A DNA stretch of 64,000 nt from a virus. Location of the stretch: IMG/VR virus record IMGVR_UViG_3300027790_000002. One strand, written 5' to 3'. Each line of letters opens with the position of its first letter. The stretch's first letter is position 1. Below the pieces are notes generated by a model that was not told the origin of the DNA, made no database searches, and saw nothing but the letters and a program-made list of their open reading frames with translations. This document shows, piece after piece, positions 1-8,418 of this stretch. A program made the translations under genes and the position numbers.

Positions 1-186
1 CAGGACGAACTGGACCGCAAGGAAGCGAAACGGCTCGCGGCGGCGGAAGCCGACCGCAAGGACAAGGCCGCCCGCGAGGCGGCGGCGCAGGCGGCGGCGA
101 AAAACGACCCGGAACGCCTCGCGCAGCTTGAAAAGGAAGACGCGGAAAAGCGCGAAGCGTTCCGCAAAAAGAACAATAAAACCTAA
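1..186 (+). CDS. partial CDS (C-terminal fragment), Lys/Ala/Glu-rich coiled-coil-like tail ...EKREAFRKKNNKT*
   Basis: frame-1 open from window edge to TAA 184-186; 5' truncated so absent from ORF track. Confidence 0.35.
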   Translation, partial: QDELDRKEAKRLAAAEADRKDKAAREAAAQAAAKNDPERLAQLEKEDAEKREAFRKKNNKT

Positions 187-215
187 ATCCCAACCGAAAC
201 GGTGAAAGGCAGACC

Positions 216-764
216 ATGACCGAACAAGTAAAAATGACCATTACCGAAGCGCTTGCCGAAATCAAAACCATTGGCAAGCGCATCGCGAAAAAGCGCGATT
301 TCGTCACCAGCAATCTGGTGCTGCAGGGGGCGTTTCGCGACCCCATGGAGCGCGAGGGCGGGATGCGCAAAGCGGTGAAAGAAACGCTGCAGTCCATCGC
401 GGACCTTGAAAGCCGCGTCGTGAAAATTCGCAGCGCCATCACGCGGCAGAACGCCGCCACGCTGCTGACCATCGGCGGCGTGACCCAGACCATTGAACAA
501 TGGCTCATCTGGCGCCGGGAAATCTCCGAAGGTCAGGGCGCGTTCTGGCGCACCATGACCAAATCGATTGAGAACGTGCGGCAGGACGTGTCGCGCAAAG
601 GGTTCACCTTGGTGGATAAGGAAACGCCGCAGGAACCGCATGAGGTCACCTTCATGGTGTCGCCGCTGGAAGTGGCCAACATTGTGGACGCCCACGAATT
701 GACGCTTGGCGAACTGGACGGCAAGCTGTCGCTTCTGAACGCCACCACTTTTATTGAGTTTTAA
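216..764 (+). CDS. hypothetical phage protein (182 aa)
   Basis: ORF track; RBS-like GGTGAAAGG upstream; no recognisable domain. Confidence 0.5.
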   Translation: MTEQVKMTITEALAEIKTIGKRIAKKRDFVTSNLVLQGAFRDPMEREGGMRKAVKETLQSIADLESRVVKIRSAITRQNAATLLTIGGVTQTIEQWLIWRREISEGQGAFWRTMTKSIENVRQDVSRKGFTLVDKETPQEPHEVTFMVSPLEVANIVDAHELTLGELDGKLSLLNATTFIEF

Positions 765-806
765 CCGAATAGCTTGTGCAGCGAAGTGAGAGAAAGGACG
801 GACATT

Positions 807-883
807 GCATCATTAGCTCAGCAGGAAAGAGCACTTGATTTTTAATCAAGGGGTCGCCGGTTCAAACCCGGTGTGACGCACCA
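807..883 (+). tRNA. tRNA-Lys(UUU)-like
   Basis: hand fold: D arm GCTC/GAGC, anticodon stem CTTGA/TCAAG loop TTTTTAA, T arm GCCGG-TTCAAAC-CCGGT, 3' GTGACGC-A-CCA; one A-C mismatch in acceptor. Confidence 0.5.
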
Positions 884-1217
884 ACAGCTAAGAAGCTTAA
901 AGGTGAACGCTCAAAAGCTCAGTATAATGAACGATGAAAGGGCAACGATGACAAGTTTATCGAAAACCCATGGTGAACCTGACGCCGCCGGAAACGGCGA
1001 ACCGTGGCGCGCCGTCTTGCGCCGTCTCAGGGTCATGGCTGCTGCACAAGCGCCATTTTTGAAGGGCAGCGGGGAACTTGGCAGACACCCCACCCGGTGA
1101 TGGTCATAGCGACCTTTGAAAGAGAAACGGGAACCAACGGAGCCGACGTCAGGTAGGCGTTAATCTCCACGCAGGGGCCGGGGCCCCGGCCCCTGCGTTT
1201 CATGAAAGGGAAAGACA

Positions 1218-1499
1218 ATGCAAATCTGGAAATACAGCCTGAACCTCACCGAAGGGGCGCAGCGCGATTTTGAAATGCCCGAAGGCGCGTCGTTTCTGCA
1301 CGCCCACCGCCAGAACGGCGCCGTCGCGCTGTGGTTCATGGTGGACCCGCAGGCGGAAAAGGAAACCCGGTCGTTCGCCCTTATCGGCACCGGCCACAAT
1401 GTGCCGGACGAACTCGCGCCTTATTATCTGGGCACGACGCATTTTGAAGACTTGGGGCTGGTCCTGCACGTCTTTGAAACGACCGGCGCAGCAGGATAA
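1218..1499 (+). CDS. hypothetical phage protein (93 aa), directly precedes ASCH gene
   Basis: ORF track; strong SD AAAGGGAAAG; stop overlaps start of next gene (TAATG). Confidence 0.55.
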   Translation: MQIWKYSLNLTEGAQRDFEMPEGASFLHAHRQNGAVALWFMVDPQAEKETRSFALIGTGHNVPDELAPYYLGTTHFEDLGLVLHVFETTGAAG

Positions 1500-2071
1500 T
1501 GAAAAAAGCGCGCGGCATCATCATGTCGCCGGCCATGGCCAAAGCGGTGTGGGACGGGCGAAAGACCCAGACCCGCCGTCTGGCTTCAAGTAAATTCATG
1601 GCCAGCGTGAAACCGGGCGACGCCCTTTATGTGCGCGAACGCTTCCGGCTCGAGGTCCAGTTTGACGACCTGCCGCCCAACTATCTGCTGTCAACCGGCT
1701 ATAAATCGACGCCGGTCTGGTACGGCGCCGATGGCGAGCCGCCCTCGCGCAGCCCGTGGGACCGCCCTTACGGCAAGCTGCGCCCATCCATTCACATGCC
1801 GCGCTGGGCAGGGCGCATGATGCTGCACGTCACAGAAGTCCGCACCGAAATGCTTCATGCCATCACCGAAGCCGACGCGAAAGCCGAAGGCGCGCAGCGC
1901 GTGCCGGAAATTGGAAACTCCTACCGCGCCGGGTTTCGGGACATCTGGGACGGGCTGCATGGGGCGAAGCCGGACGCCTGCTGGACGGCGAACCCCGACG
2001 TCATCGCCCTGACCTTCCGCGTCGAGAAAATCACCAAGCAAAGCCTTACAGGAGGCCACCGTGAAAACTGA
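1499..2071 (+). CDS. ASCH-domain protein
   Basis: N-terminal IIMSPAMAKAVWDGRKTQTRR matches ASCH-family core motif. Confidence 0.7.
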   Translation: MKKARGIIMSPAMAKAVWDGRKTQTRRLASSKFMASVKPGDALYVRERFRLEVQFDDLPPNYLLSTGYKSTPVWYGADGEPPSRSPWDRPYGKLRPSIHMPRWAGRMMLHVTEVRTEMLHAITEADAKAEGAQRVPEIGNSYRAGFRDIWDGLHGAKPDACWTANPDVIALTFRVEKITKQSLTGGHREN

Positions 2072-2453
2072 ACCGGACAGCCAACTGCTGCCGCTGGCGG
2101 CCCAGATTGTCGCCGCCTATGTGGCGGGGCCAAACAAACTGCCGGCGGAGAAAATCGGCGACACACTCGCCATGGTGCATGAGGCGTTGCAGGGACTGGC
2201 GCAAGGCGCGCCGGTCGTCAACCGCGAGCCTGCCGTTCCCATCGCCAAGTCCGTGACACCCAACGCCATCATTTGCCTTGAAGACGGCAAGAAACTTAAA
2301 ATGCTGAAACGCTATCTGCGCACGCATTTCGATTTGAGCCCGGAAGAATACCGCCGGAAATGGGGGCTGCCGGCGGATTATCCGATGACGGCGCCGAGTT
2401 ACGCCGAACACAGGTCCAAGTTGGCGAAGCAAACCGGCTTGGGCAAACGATAG
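2061..2453 (+). CDS. mucR: Ros/MucR-family transcriptional regulator homolog, degenerate zinc finger (CLEDG...THF)
   Basis: GTG start with CAGGAGG SD; C-terminal IICLEDGKKLKMLKRYLRTHFDLSPEEYRRKWGLPADYPMTAPSYAEHRSKLAKQTGLGKR aligns with Ros/MucR DNA-binding domain; DIVAAYV N-terminal motif. Confidence 0.75.
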   Translation: MKTEPDSQLLPLAAQIVAAYVAGPNKLPAEKIGDTLAMVHEALQGLAQGAPVVNREPAVPIAKSVTPNAIICLEDGKKLKMLKRYLRTHFDLSPEEYRRKWGLPADYPMTAPSYAEHRSKLAKQTGLGKR

Positions 2454-2462
2454 GAGGCCGCC

Positions 2463-2645
2463 ATGCGTGTTGTTTCAAAAGTCTGGGACTGGGTGAAGGG
2501 CGCCGCCAGCGCCTTGGCCGCGACAGTCTGCAGGCCTTGTTCCATCTGCCGGGAAATCCACTGGAAAGCGCCGTGGTCGGCGCAGACCCGTTGCGGCTAT
2601 TGCGAGTTCGCGCTGCAGTCGCTGCGCGACGAAAACGGGGGCTGA
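2463..2645 (+). CDS. small Cys-rich (CxxC...CxxC) protein, hypothetical
   Basis: ORF track, SD GGAGG upstream. Confidence 0.35.
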   Translation: MRVVSKVWDWVKGAASALAATVCRPCSICREIHWKAPWSAQTRCGYCEFALQSLRDENGG

Positions 2646-2646
2646 T

Positions 2647-2838
2647 ATGAAATTGACGCGCATCCGAAATGTGGGCCGCTTTATAAACCCTGAAACCGGG
2701 CGCGCTGTAAACGTGAAGCGAGGCACGCGCGCTGGCCGCAACACCGACCATCTTTTCTATTTGCAAAGCGGGCGGCGCGTATATATCGGCGACGCGACCT
2801 TTAAGCTTTGGAAGCGTGGCGAGGAAACGAAAGCATGA
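2647..2838 (+). CDS. hypothetical small protein (63 aa)
   Basis: ORF track only. Confidence 0.3.
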   Translation: MKLTRIRNVGRFINPETGRAVNVKRGTRAGRNTDHLFYLQSGRRVYIGDATFKLWKRGEETKA

Positions 2839-3791
2839 CCGGCATTGAATGGACCGACAGGACTTGGAATCCGATAGCGGGGTGTTCCGTGTACGCCGCA
2901 GGCTGCACCAACTGCTACGCCATGCTGCTGGCCGGCACAAGATTGAAACACCATCCGCTTTATGAAGGGCTGACCGATGACACCAAGGCCGGCCCAGTGT
3001 TCAACGGCAAGCTGCGCGCCGCGCCCGACGGTCACCCGGTCTGGACATGGCCGCTGCGCACCCTCACACGCTTTGAGGCGCAGCACGGCCGGCGCCCGCG
3101 CGTCTTTGTCGGCGACATGTCGGATTTGTTTCACAAAGACCGCGACCCGCGCATTATTAGCAAGACTTTTGCGGTAATTGCGCGCGCTTCGCATATTGAC
3201 TTTCAAGTGCTGACAAAGCGCAGCGATGTTTTACTTGACTACATAACCGGGACGGCGGCGGCGGATCTCGCTCGGCAACTTTACAACCTCAACAAATTGA
3301 TTGAGAGCGGCGGCGCACAAGGGCGCGGACTAGATCAATGGCCGCTTCCGAACGTCTGGCTGGGCGTCAGCGTCGAAAATCAGGCCGCCGCCGAGGCGCG
3401 CATTCCGAATTTATTGGCGACGCCGGCGGCGCTGCGCTTCCTGTCGGTCGAACCGCTGCTGGAGTCCGTTGATTTGCAGCGCCTGAAAGTCGGGGAAGGC
3501 AAGGGCGCGGGACCGTTGGCGGGATACGATGTCCGGCTCAACTTAAACAGCCTGGCGGGCGCCGAAAGCATCAAGCTGCCGGCCATTGACTGGGTTATTG
3601 CCGGGCATGAAAGCGGCGCCAAGGCGCGGGCCGGGCAGGCGCAATGGGTCCGCGATGTCATGCTGCAATGCAAAGACGCCGGCACGCCGTTTTTCGCCAA
3701 ACAGCTGTGCATTCATGGCCGGAAAATGCCCATGACGGTGTGGCCGGAAGACTTGAAAGTGCGGCAGTTTCCACCATCGCCCATGCAGTAG
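2835..3791 (+). CDS. phage Gp37/Gp68 family protein (DUF5131)
   Basis: IEWTDRTWNPIAGCSVYAAGCTNCYAM is the family N-terminal Cys motif; start moved to ATG 2835 behind GAGGAAACGAAAGC. Confidence 0.75.
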   Translation: MTGIEWTDRTWNPIAGCSVYAAGCTNCYAMLLAGTRLKHHPLYEGLTDDTKAGPVFNGKLRAAPDGHPVWTWPLRTLTRFEAQHGRRPRVFVGDMSDLFHKDRDPRIISKTFAVIARASHIDFQVLTKRSDVLLDYITGTAAADLARQLYNLNKLIESGGAQGRGLDQWPLPNVWLGVSVENQAAAEARIPNLLATPAALRFLSVEPLLESVDLQRLKVGEGKGAGPLAGYDVRLNLNSLAGAESIKLPAIDWVIAGHESGAKARAGQAQWVRDVMLQCKDAGTPFFAKQLCIHGRKMPMTVWPEDLKVRQFPPSPMQ

Positions 3792-3796
3792 GCGGC

Positions 3797-4063
3797 ATGA
3801 ACGAACGCGCGGAAAAGATAAACCGGCTGGGCATGTCAATTGCGACATGGCTTAACGGACAGGACATCGACAATGGCGATGTGCCGGACGTTCTGGCGGT
3901 GCTTTATGTCAATTACCTGTTTCGCGTGTTTCGCGATGCCGGACCGGAAGCGGTCGCGGAAATAGACGCGCGTTTTAGAACCATTTGCGGCAACGGGTTA
4001 AAGGCCGCGCTTGAGGGCAGGCTACCGGTTGAACCGCTGCCGAAGCCGGGAAAGGGAAGCTGA
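3797..4063 (+). CDS. hypothetical protein (88 aa)
   Basis: internal ATG of ORF 3644..4063 after stop of previous gene; upstream part of that ORF overlaps DUF5131 gene out of frame. Confidence 0.4.
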   Translation: MNERAEKINRLGMSIATWLNGQDIDNGDVPDVLAVLYVNYLFRVFRDAGPEAVAEIDARFRTICGNGLKAALEGRLPVEPLPKPGKGS

Positions 4064-4066
4064 CCC

Positions 4067-4624
4067 ATGAGCGACGATTTGGCGGAAACCCTCAAACCCT
4101 TACAGCAGCTGCCGGACTTGGTGGGCCGGTTGCGCGACGACGGGCTGCCGGACATCTGCAGCGAGGCGGCCAACGAAATTGAGGAATTGCAGGGCTGCTT
4201 CGATATCCGCTGGAAAGCCGATATGCGCGCCATCAAGATGTGGCAGGCGGCGCACCCCGGTAGCGAAAACATCTGGCCGGACCATGCGGAAATGGTCCTG
4301 TGGCTCATGGAACAACTGACAGGCAAAGGAGAAAGCATGGCCTTCAAACCTCTTTACGACCAAGTGCTGGTGAAACTGGAACCGAACAAAAGGGTGACCG
4401 ACGGTGGCATCATCATTCCCGAAGGGGCGCAGGAACAGCCGCAGATTGCGGAAGTGCTGGCCGTCGGGCCGGGCGCACTCAACAGCAAGGGCGTGCGCGC
4501 CCCCATGTCCGTGGCGGTCGGGGACTGGGTTCTTATCAACAAATGGGCCGGCAACGAACTGACCGTGGACGGCGTAAAGGCGCATATTCTGCGCGAGTAT
4601 GACATCATGGGCGTAATCGACTAG
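4067..4624 (+). CDS. groES: GroES (Cpn10) co-chaperonin homolog; 95-aa GroES domain 4337..4624 with in-frame 90-aa N-terminal extension
   Basis: MAFKPLYDQVLVKLEPNKRVTDGGIIIPEGAQEQPQIAEVLAVGPG...VGDWVLINKWAGNELTVDGVKAHILREYDIMGVID aligns along full GroES; strong SD AAAGGAGAAAGC before internal ATG 4337. Confidence 0.75.
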   Translation: MSDDLAETLKPLQQLPDLVGRLRDDGLPDICSEAANEIEELQGCFDIRWKADMRAIKMWQAAHPGSENIWPDHAEMVLWLMEQLTGKGESMAFKPLYDQVLVKLEPNKRVTDGGIIIPEGAQEQPQIAEVLAVGPGALNSKGVRAPMSVAVGDWVLINKWAGNELTVDGVKAHILREYDIMGVID

Positions 4625-4647
4625 CCCGCAACAGAAGGAAAAAGAAC

Positions 4648-5703
4648 ATGAACAAAAACGTGCTGGGCCTGCCAGTGAAATGCGCAGTGACCGGGTTCAA
4701 GGGCACCGCCACTGAACGGGTCACCTATCTGAATGGCTGCATTCAGTACCGCGTGACACCGAAGGCGAAAAAGGGAAAGCCCTATCCCAGCGAAACCTTT
4801 ATTGACGAAGGCCAGCTGCAGGTGCGCAAGAGCGGCGCCGCCATAGCGCCGGTCCCGCTGGCGGTTCCCGCCGTATGCCTTCGGCTGGGCGAGGATTCCC
4901 GCGCCGGCGCGACCTTTGAACAGGCAAACGCCATCCGCACCCAGCTGGCCGCGCGGCGCGGCATGCACTGGGCGGCGATCGCTGACGACCTGACCGATGA
5001 AATGAACGCCGCGCGCCGGGCCGACAGCCGTTTGCGCCGCCAGCGCCGCAAACGCCAGCGCAAAGTGATGGCGCGCTCCGCTGTAGCTGCCAGCCGGATT
5101 GTCGGCGATGAAACGGCGCGGCTTTATGTGCGCGGCGACAGCATCACCCTGACCGGGCGGCGGTTCGGGTTTCGCATCCGGAAGGGCTCGCTTTGGGCTC
5201 ATGGCCACGGCGCCATGGAAATCGACCTGACCGACCCCGCCGGCGACCGGCTGTGCAGCCTTTGCGTTTACGCCGACAACGCCCCGTCGCTGGACCAGCT
5301 TTCAACGCTCGCCCTTTATGTGATGGCCGGCGATGAAGAGTCCTATATTGAGGCGGCCAATCTTTTTAATGTGGCCGCCGCCGCGTTTGCCTACCCACCG
5401 CTGCGCGAGCTCCAACCCCGCGAAATTGACCGGCTGGAACAGCGCGAGCGCGCCCTGCAGGCCATCGGCGACCCGCTCGATATGCGTTTGAGCCGCCAGC
5501 GCTGGCTGTCCTATCGGTCACGCCGGCGCCGCAACCTTGGCGCCGGTGAAATTCACCCGCCTTGGGCTCGGGTCGCTGTTGAAGACTTCTCCCGCGAACA
5601 TGTTGAGGATGTCACGCGGCTGGCGTTCCGCACGTTGCTGCCGGTCGCCCGGCATCTGGGCGAGGCCGGCCGCGAAAGCCAAGGCGCTATAGGAGTGTTT
5701 TAG
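4648..5703 (+). CDS. hypothetical protein (351 aa), Arg-rich central region
   Basis: ORF track; SD GAAGGAAAAAG. Confidence 0.45.
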   Translation: MNKNVLGLPVKCAVTGFKGTATERVTYLNGCIQYRVTPKAKKGKPYPSETFIDEGQLQVRKSGAAIAPVPLAVPAVCLRLGEDSRAGATFEQANAIRTQLAARRGMHWAAIADDLTDEMNAARRADSRLRRQRRKRQRKVMARSAVAASRIVGDETARLYVRGDSITLTGRRFGFRIRKGSLWAHGHGAMEIDLTDPAGDRLCSLCVYADNAPSLDQLSTLALYVMAGDEESYIEAANLFNVAAAAFAYPPLRELQPREIDRLEQRERALQAIGDPLDMRLSRQRWLSYRSRRRRNLGAGEIHPPWARVAVEDFSREHVEDVTRLAFRTLLPVARHLGEAGRESQGAIGVF

Positions 5704-5741
5704 TGGGGTTGCATCAAGTTCTGGCAAGGAAGGTTAACGGC

Positions 5742-5918
5742 ATGATTGACGCCCTCGCGGGCGCCTATGTGGTGGCGCTGGCGGACGCCATCGCCGACGA
5801 TATAGAAGACCGGGCGCGCGACCTGCCGCTGGCGGAGGAAGCCTACGCCAGAATCCATGCCGATGCCTGGCGGCTTGCCGGAAAGCGTGTCGCCAGCCAG
5901 AAGGCGCGACAGTCATGA
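5742..5918 (+). CDS. hypothetical small protein
   Basis: ATG 5742 preceded by AAGGAAGG; tail of ORF 5703..5918. Confidence 0.3.
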   Translation: MIDALAGAYVVALADAIADDIEDRARDLPLAEEAYARIHADAWRLAGKRVASQKARQS

Positions 5919-6091
5919 CCCGCCAGCAGGACATTCCGAGCCTTTTGGCCTTTGCGGCGCGCATTGTGGAGCGCTACGGCGAACGCTACCTGCCGATTTT
6001 CGACCGTCTGGACGCCGAAAATGAAGCGCAGGAATCACGGGCCGCCCGGCTGGAAAAAGCGAAAAAAATAGCGGCGGCGTCGAAAAAATGA
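5915..6091 (+). CDS. hypothetical small protein (58 aa)
   Basis: ATGA overlap with previous stop; below ORF-track cutoff. Confidence 0.3.
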   Translation: MTRQQDIPSLLAFAARIVERYGERYLPIFDRLDAENEAQESRAARLEKAKKIAAASKK

Positions 6092-6171
6092 CTTGACGCT
6101 GGGGGTTATATGTCCCATATTAGGGACATGGAACGGCGCAGGGCCGAACCGGAATTGGAGACAGACCAATG
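6091..6171 (+). promoter_or_regulatory. repeat cassette copy 1: TTGACG -35, 17-bp spacer, palindrome ATGTCCCatattaGGGACAT, conserved leader, GGAG SD, ATG
   Basis: near-identical to the 4 other copies; ends exactly at start codon 6169. Confidence 0.6.
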
Positions 6172-6297
6172 CAAAGCGACCTCATCAAACCCAGCCTTAA
6201 AACCGACTCCTTTGATGAAATGCTGCACAAGTGCGCCGCGCTTGAATTTCTCATAAAGTCCGCCAGATATTTTGTCGCGCAAGGTCTTACAGTTTAG
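6169..6297 (+). CDS. cassette-driven ORF 1 (42 aa), hypothetical
   Basis: ATG is last 3 nt of cassette copy 1. Confidence 0.35.
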   Translation: MQSDLIKPSLKTDSFDEMLHKCAALEFLIKSARYFVAQGLTV

Positions 6298-6320
6298 GTC
6301 GATTTTTTCAAAAAAACGAC

Positions 6321-6399
6321 TTGACCTTTTTGCGCGATTGTCCCACATTAGTGACATGGAACGGCGCAGGGCCGAACCGGAATTGGAGACAGACCAATG
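6321..6399 (+). promoter_or_regulatory. repeat cassette copy 2 (palindrome half-site variant GTGACAT)
   Basis: TTGACC -35 at 6321; same leader and SD; ATG 6397. Confidence 0.6.
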
Positions 6400-6597
6400 T
6401 ACGATTATACCACCATTTACATTAAAGAAGCCGGACGCACCACCGAAGTCATGCGCTACACTAAAGGCGACATGGAGGAAGTCTTCAATGAAGACGAACG
6501 CGCCCGCCTCGCGAAAGGCAAGGTGATTTGGCGCGGCAATTGCAGCTATGTGAGCGGCGACGCGCTCGCTGAAATCGCTTTTGCAGACGCGAAATAA
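6397..6597 (+). CDS. cassette-driven ORF 2 (66 aa), hypothetical
   Basis: ORF track; ATG fused to cassette copy 2. Confidence 0.45.
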   Translation: MYDYTTIYIKEAGRTTEVMRYTKGDMEEVFNEDERARLAKGKVIWRGNCSYVSGDALAEIAFADAK

Positions 6598-6607
6598 GGG
6601 GGCGGAC

Positions 6608-6793
6608 ATGGCTGTTAAACTGACCAAGAAAGTGGAAAAGCTGCTGACCGAAATTGCTGTAAAGCATTTCAATGTTGAAACGCTGGAAACCCGACGCAGC
6701 GACTCGCTTGATTTTTACGACTGCGCCGTGTGGTCCATGCGCGAAGCGCTGGCCGAAGCTTACGAAGCTGGGAAAAAGGCGGCGCAGAAATGA
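6608..6793 (+). CDS. hypothetical small protein (61 aa)
   Basis: ATG 6608 behind AAGGGGGCGGAC; internal start of ORF 6581..6793. Confidence 0.4.
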   Translation: MAVKLTKKVEKLLTEIAVKHFNVETLETRRSDSLDFYDCAVWSMREALAEAYEAGKKAAQK

Positions 6794-6862
6794 CCGCTTA
6801 TCCCCTCAAACGTCTGCTGGACCTTATCAGCAAAGCCATAGCGTCAATGAAAGGGAATTGAA

Positions 6863-7726
6863 ATGAAACGGTTAGAAAATCTTGGGTTTGCAGAAATCCA
6901 AACCGGGGGCGGCTGCACCGCCTTGGCCAAGCCATATTGCGGCGGTCATCTTCTGGTGACGAATAATGACGCCATGGCGCCGGAAAAAACAGACAGGCTT
7001 TTTGCCCTGTGGCGCGAAGACGAAAACGGCGAAGTGATCGAAAAAGAAACCGACGGTTTTTATTCAAGCGACAGGCTGTTTGCGCGCATCGCTTTTTATG
7101 AGAAAGCCGAAAAACTGGCGCGGGAGTTCGCCAAGGTGGTTGAAACCGCCGCCGACCTTGGCAATCTGGACGGCGTCAGTTTTCAGCAGATTTTGGAGCG
7201 CAACCGCGCGGACGCGCCGGGCGTGTGTTCGCTGCATGACGTTTGCGACGCCAACATGCTAATGCACGAAGCATGGATGAATCTATTTGCGCCAAAAGAG
7301 CCCGACGTTAGCAAAAATGCCGATTCCGAATTGTGGGACATCGCGTGGAGCGTCGCCAAACAAACCGACTTTTTCACAAAGGAGGAACCTGTAACGGGCG
7401 CGGACAATTCGCTGCCGCCGCGCTGCACTTATCCCGCCTGCAAGTGCATTGTATCGACCAGCACCAGCCAGCCCGTGCCGGTTTGTCCGCTGGGGCTGCC
7501 GAAAGGCTTAGAGGACAAAGCGCAGCAAGAATTTGACGCGGCGTGGGACGCCTTGGAAGAGCAAGGAAAATGCGACTCGCGCGGCGGCATGGAGTATCTA
7601 AGGGTGCTTGAAGAATGGGCCGGTTATTGCCGCCCGATGACGGTGGCGCAATTCATTGAAGCCAGCGCCAATATTCTGCCAGACGAAACGGTCACCGCCG
7701 CCGCCAAGCGTCTCGGCATTCACTAA
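6863..7726 (+). CDS. hypothetical protein (287 aa), Cys-containing
   Basis: ORF track; ATGAAAGGGAA start-associated motif 16 nt upstream. Confidence 0.5.
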   Translation: MKRLENLGFAEIQTGGGCTALAKPYCGGHLLVTNNDAMAPEKTDRLFALWREDENGEVIEKETDGFYSSDRLFARIAFYEKAEKLAREFAKVVETAADLGNLDGVSFQQILERNRADAPGVCSLHDVCDANMLMHEAWMNLFAPKEPDVSKNADSELWDIAWSVAKQTDFFTKEEPVTGADNSLPPRCTYPACKCIVSTSTSQPVPVCPLGLPKGLEDKAQQEFDAAWDALEEQGKCDSRGGMEYLRVLEEWAGYCRPMTVAQFIEASANILPDETVTAAAKRLGIH

Positions 7727-7740
7727 GAGAAAGGCAAATC

Positions 7741-7986
7741 ATGACGCCCAAACAGTTCACCGATTTTGGCGTGGCGCTATATGGCGAAACCAGCTGGAAA
7801 CAGCAGCTGGCGCTGGACCTCGCCATCAACCGCCGCACGGTCGGGCGCTACGCCAACGGCCAGTGGCCCATTCCAGAAGGCGTCGCCGCCGACCTTATCA
7901 ACCTTGCCGGGAAGCGCGCCGAAGCGCTCACAAGGCTGCTGGGCCGCGCGCAAAATAAAGTGAAAAAATCGACCATGGCCGCTTGA
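7741..7986 (+). CDS. putative HTH DNA-binding protein (81 aa)
   Basis: QQLALDLAINRRTVGRYANGQ resembles Cro/CI-type helix-turn-helix; SD GAGAAAGG. Confidence 0.4.
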   Translation: MTPKQFTDFGVALYGETSWKQQLALDLAINRRTVGRYANGQWPIPEGVAADLINLAGKRAEALTRLLGRAQNKVKKSTMAA

Positions 7987-8061
7987 CATTCCGGCGGCTA
8001 TGTCCCACATTAGGGACATGGAACGGCGCAGGGCCGAACCGAAATTGGAGACAGACCAATG
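7983..8061 (+). promoter_or_regulatory. repeat cassette copy 3
   Basis: TTGACA -35 at 7983; perfect palindrome ATGTCCCacattaGGGACAT; ATG 8059. Confidence 0.6.
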
Positions 8062-8355
8062 ACCCAGCAATTTGAAACCGGAAAAACCTACACCTGCCGC
8101 AGCGTCTGCGACGCAGACTGCGTGTGGACCTTCACCGTGGAGCGCCGCACGGCCAAAACCGTGCATTTCCGCAATCATGAAACCGGCAACGTCCACACCT
8201 GCCGCCCGGCGACGGTCGGCGGTGAGGAAGTCGCCAAGCCGCTGGGCAATTATTCCATGTGCCCGGTGCTGCGCGCCAGCAGCGAACGCGCGCCGACGGC
8301 GCAAGCCTTCAACAGCCAAGGCCGTGAACTCACGGTCACCATTCCCCAAGACTGA
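8059..8355 (+). CDS. cassette-driven ORF 3 (98 aa), Cys/His-rich
   Basis: ORF track; ATG fused to cassette copy 3; followed by 11-bp GC hairpin 8361-8389. Confidence 0.5.
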   Translation: MTQQFETGKTYTCRSVCDADCVWTFTVERRTAKTVHFRNHETGNVHTCRPATVGGEEVAKPLGNYSMCPVLRASSERAPTAQAFNSQGRELTVTIPQD

Positions 8356-8418
8356 AACCAGCGGCGCCGGGGATTGAGCCCGGCGCCGCCAGCTGCCTAA
8401 GCCATGAAAGGGTATCCC

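Noticed and set aside
873-1100. 75-aa ORF beginning inside tRNA-like gene 807-883
   Set aside because: Start lies within the tRNA acceptor/CCA; no SD; kept unannotated.
6130-6150. GAAC-N11-GAAC inside the cassette leader considered as alphaproteobacterial LexA box
   Set aside because: Spacing is 11, not the 7 of GTTC-N7-GTTC; no second match.
6106-6672. Long minus-strand ORFs (6106..6672, 7777..8433, 25845..26504 and plus 58634..59410) all containing the peptide HWSVSN(S/F)GSALRRSMSL(I/M)WDI
   Set aside because: The shared peptide is just the antisense translation of the repeat cassette; these ORFs run against clearly coding genes and are artefacts.
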